DNA of 64,000 bases from Raillietiella orientalis (lineage: Eukaryota): assembly GCA_036172245.1 (NCBI GenBank), contig JAYWIR010000029.1, forward strand, positions 1,116,001 through 1,180,000, in the 5' to 3' direction. Both the position numbers and the translations under genes were made by a program. Below the pieces are notes generated by a model. That model was not told the origin of the DNA and did not search any database. It saw nothing but the letters and a program-made list of their open reading frames with translations. How positions within the stretch are numbered: position 1 is the stretch's first letter; every line of letters begins with the position of its first letter. This document shows, piece after piece, positions 62,971 through 64,000 of this stretch.

Positions 62971-64000
62971 TCCTGAATGAGGTTTGAAGAAGGAGGATCT
63001 GTTTCCCCATCCTCCGAAAAATACAGGATCCTTCTCGAAAAAAGCCACGCTTTGTGACCAGCTGTCGTGTTGGTATGCCTCCCGAAAACTAGGAGCGGCC
63101 TTTAAAGTTCGGGGCACTTTTGGGGGACCTCAGTGACGAAACACGAAAGCACAAACCATTCGTGAAGTGTCTTCTCGAAATCAAAATTGCCACCGAAGGA
63201 GAGTACACGGTACTTCTTTCAGGCAGTGCTTGCATGGATCAATTCATTTACAAAGTGGCTGCAGATGATTTGATTTCTATTACTACTGATTCACGTTACG
63301 GGCATCTCCACAGCTCCCTTGTCTTTCGGTGTCCCGAACAGCAATGAGAGCATTCGATTTTCTATGGTAAATTAAGACTCTTTACAATCCAACAGCAGCC
63401 CCTCTCGGTGGCTGCTCTTCTAGAGAATTGATTGGATCGTTTGTTTGAATTGCCAAGTACTGTCAGAGCCTCTCAAAAAGGCTCCCGGCTATCCGAAAAG
63501 TGTTCAAGCATCATGTGCTTCCGAGATGAGAATACCGTCTGTACACAACACAAACGTGTTCGCATTTATAGCTGCCGTGTGCTCTGAATAGGACTTTGTA
63601 AGGGTGTGAAACTATGGAATGCCATTTCATGCGTTTCGCAACCGTGGAATGGTGACCAATACAGTCCATTTATGAAACGTGATCTCCTACATGACTTAGC
63701 GTGCGAAAATGCAGGAAACCGCTCATACGAAAAATCCATCAGCAACTGCACCAGGAACTAATCTCAGGCGCAGCAAAACAGTCCTGAATTAGATGCGTGA
63801 GTGTGCTTAATGTAACTATCCAGTATGGTACACGAAATCCTTGATCGCATGAGGCTGGTGTACCTCTCAGGTGTTTCCGACGGGAGCAGCCAAGGCTCGT
63901 TCGTCGAATTTGGAAAATGTTCCAATGCGAATAATGATAAATCACTGCATCAATGAGGAACAAAGGAGCTACAGTATTGCTTTCTGATTTATGCTTTGAT

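Overview
Eukaryotic nuclear DNA, most likely from an invertebrate. The U2 snRNA fragment and the mitochondrial 16S insert both look arthropod-like. I found no intact protein-coding gene; the long ORFs in the six-frame track are mostly GC-rich or antisense artefacts of decayed retroelements. The window is a patchwork of old mobile DNA. Best-supported elements: (1) a Utopia/NeSL-type non-LTR retrotransposon joined to the 3' part of a U2 snRNA gene at the known Utopia target site, and itself interrupted by an internally deleted piggyBac; (2) a tRNA-headed SINE-like family whose body carries repeated cUUCGg hairpin units; (3) a mitochondrial rrnL NUMT inside an L1 endonuclease remnant; (4) a MULE DNA transposon remnant and a related MITE, both with CTTC-initial 9-bp target duplications; (5) a recent 572-bp inverted duplication; (6) many L1/Tx1-like ORF2 fragments, five of them abutting in alternating orientation at 38.8-44.7 kb. 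Weaker motif traces suggest decayed host-gene fragments (Pelle/IRAK-like kinase, NACHT, tetraspanin). All protein-family calls come from recognising motifs by eye, not from database searches. I see no convincing wholly new biological system; the SINE hairpin array and the MULE target preference are the most plausibly undescribed features.
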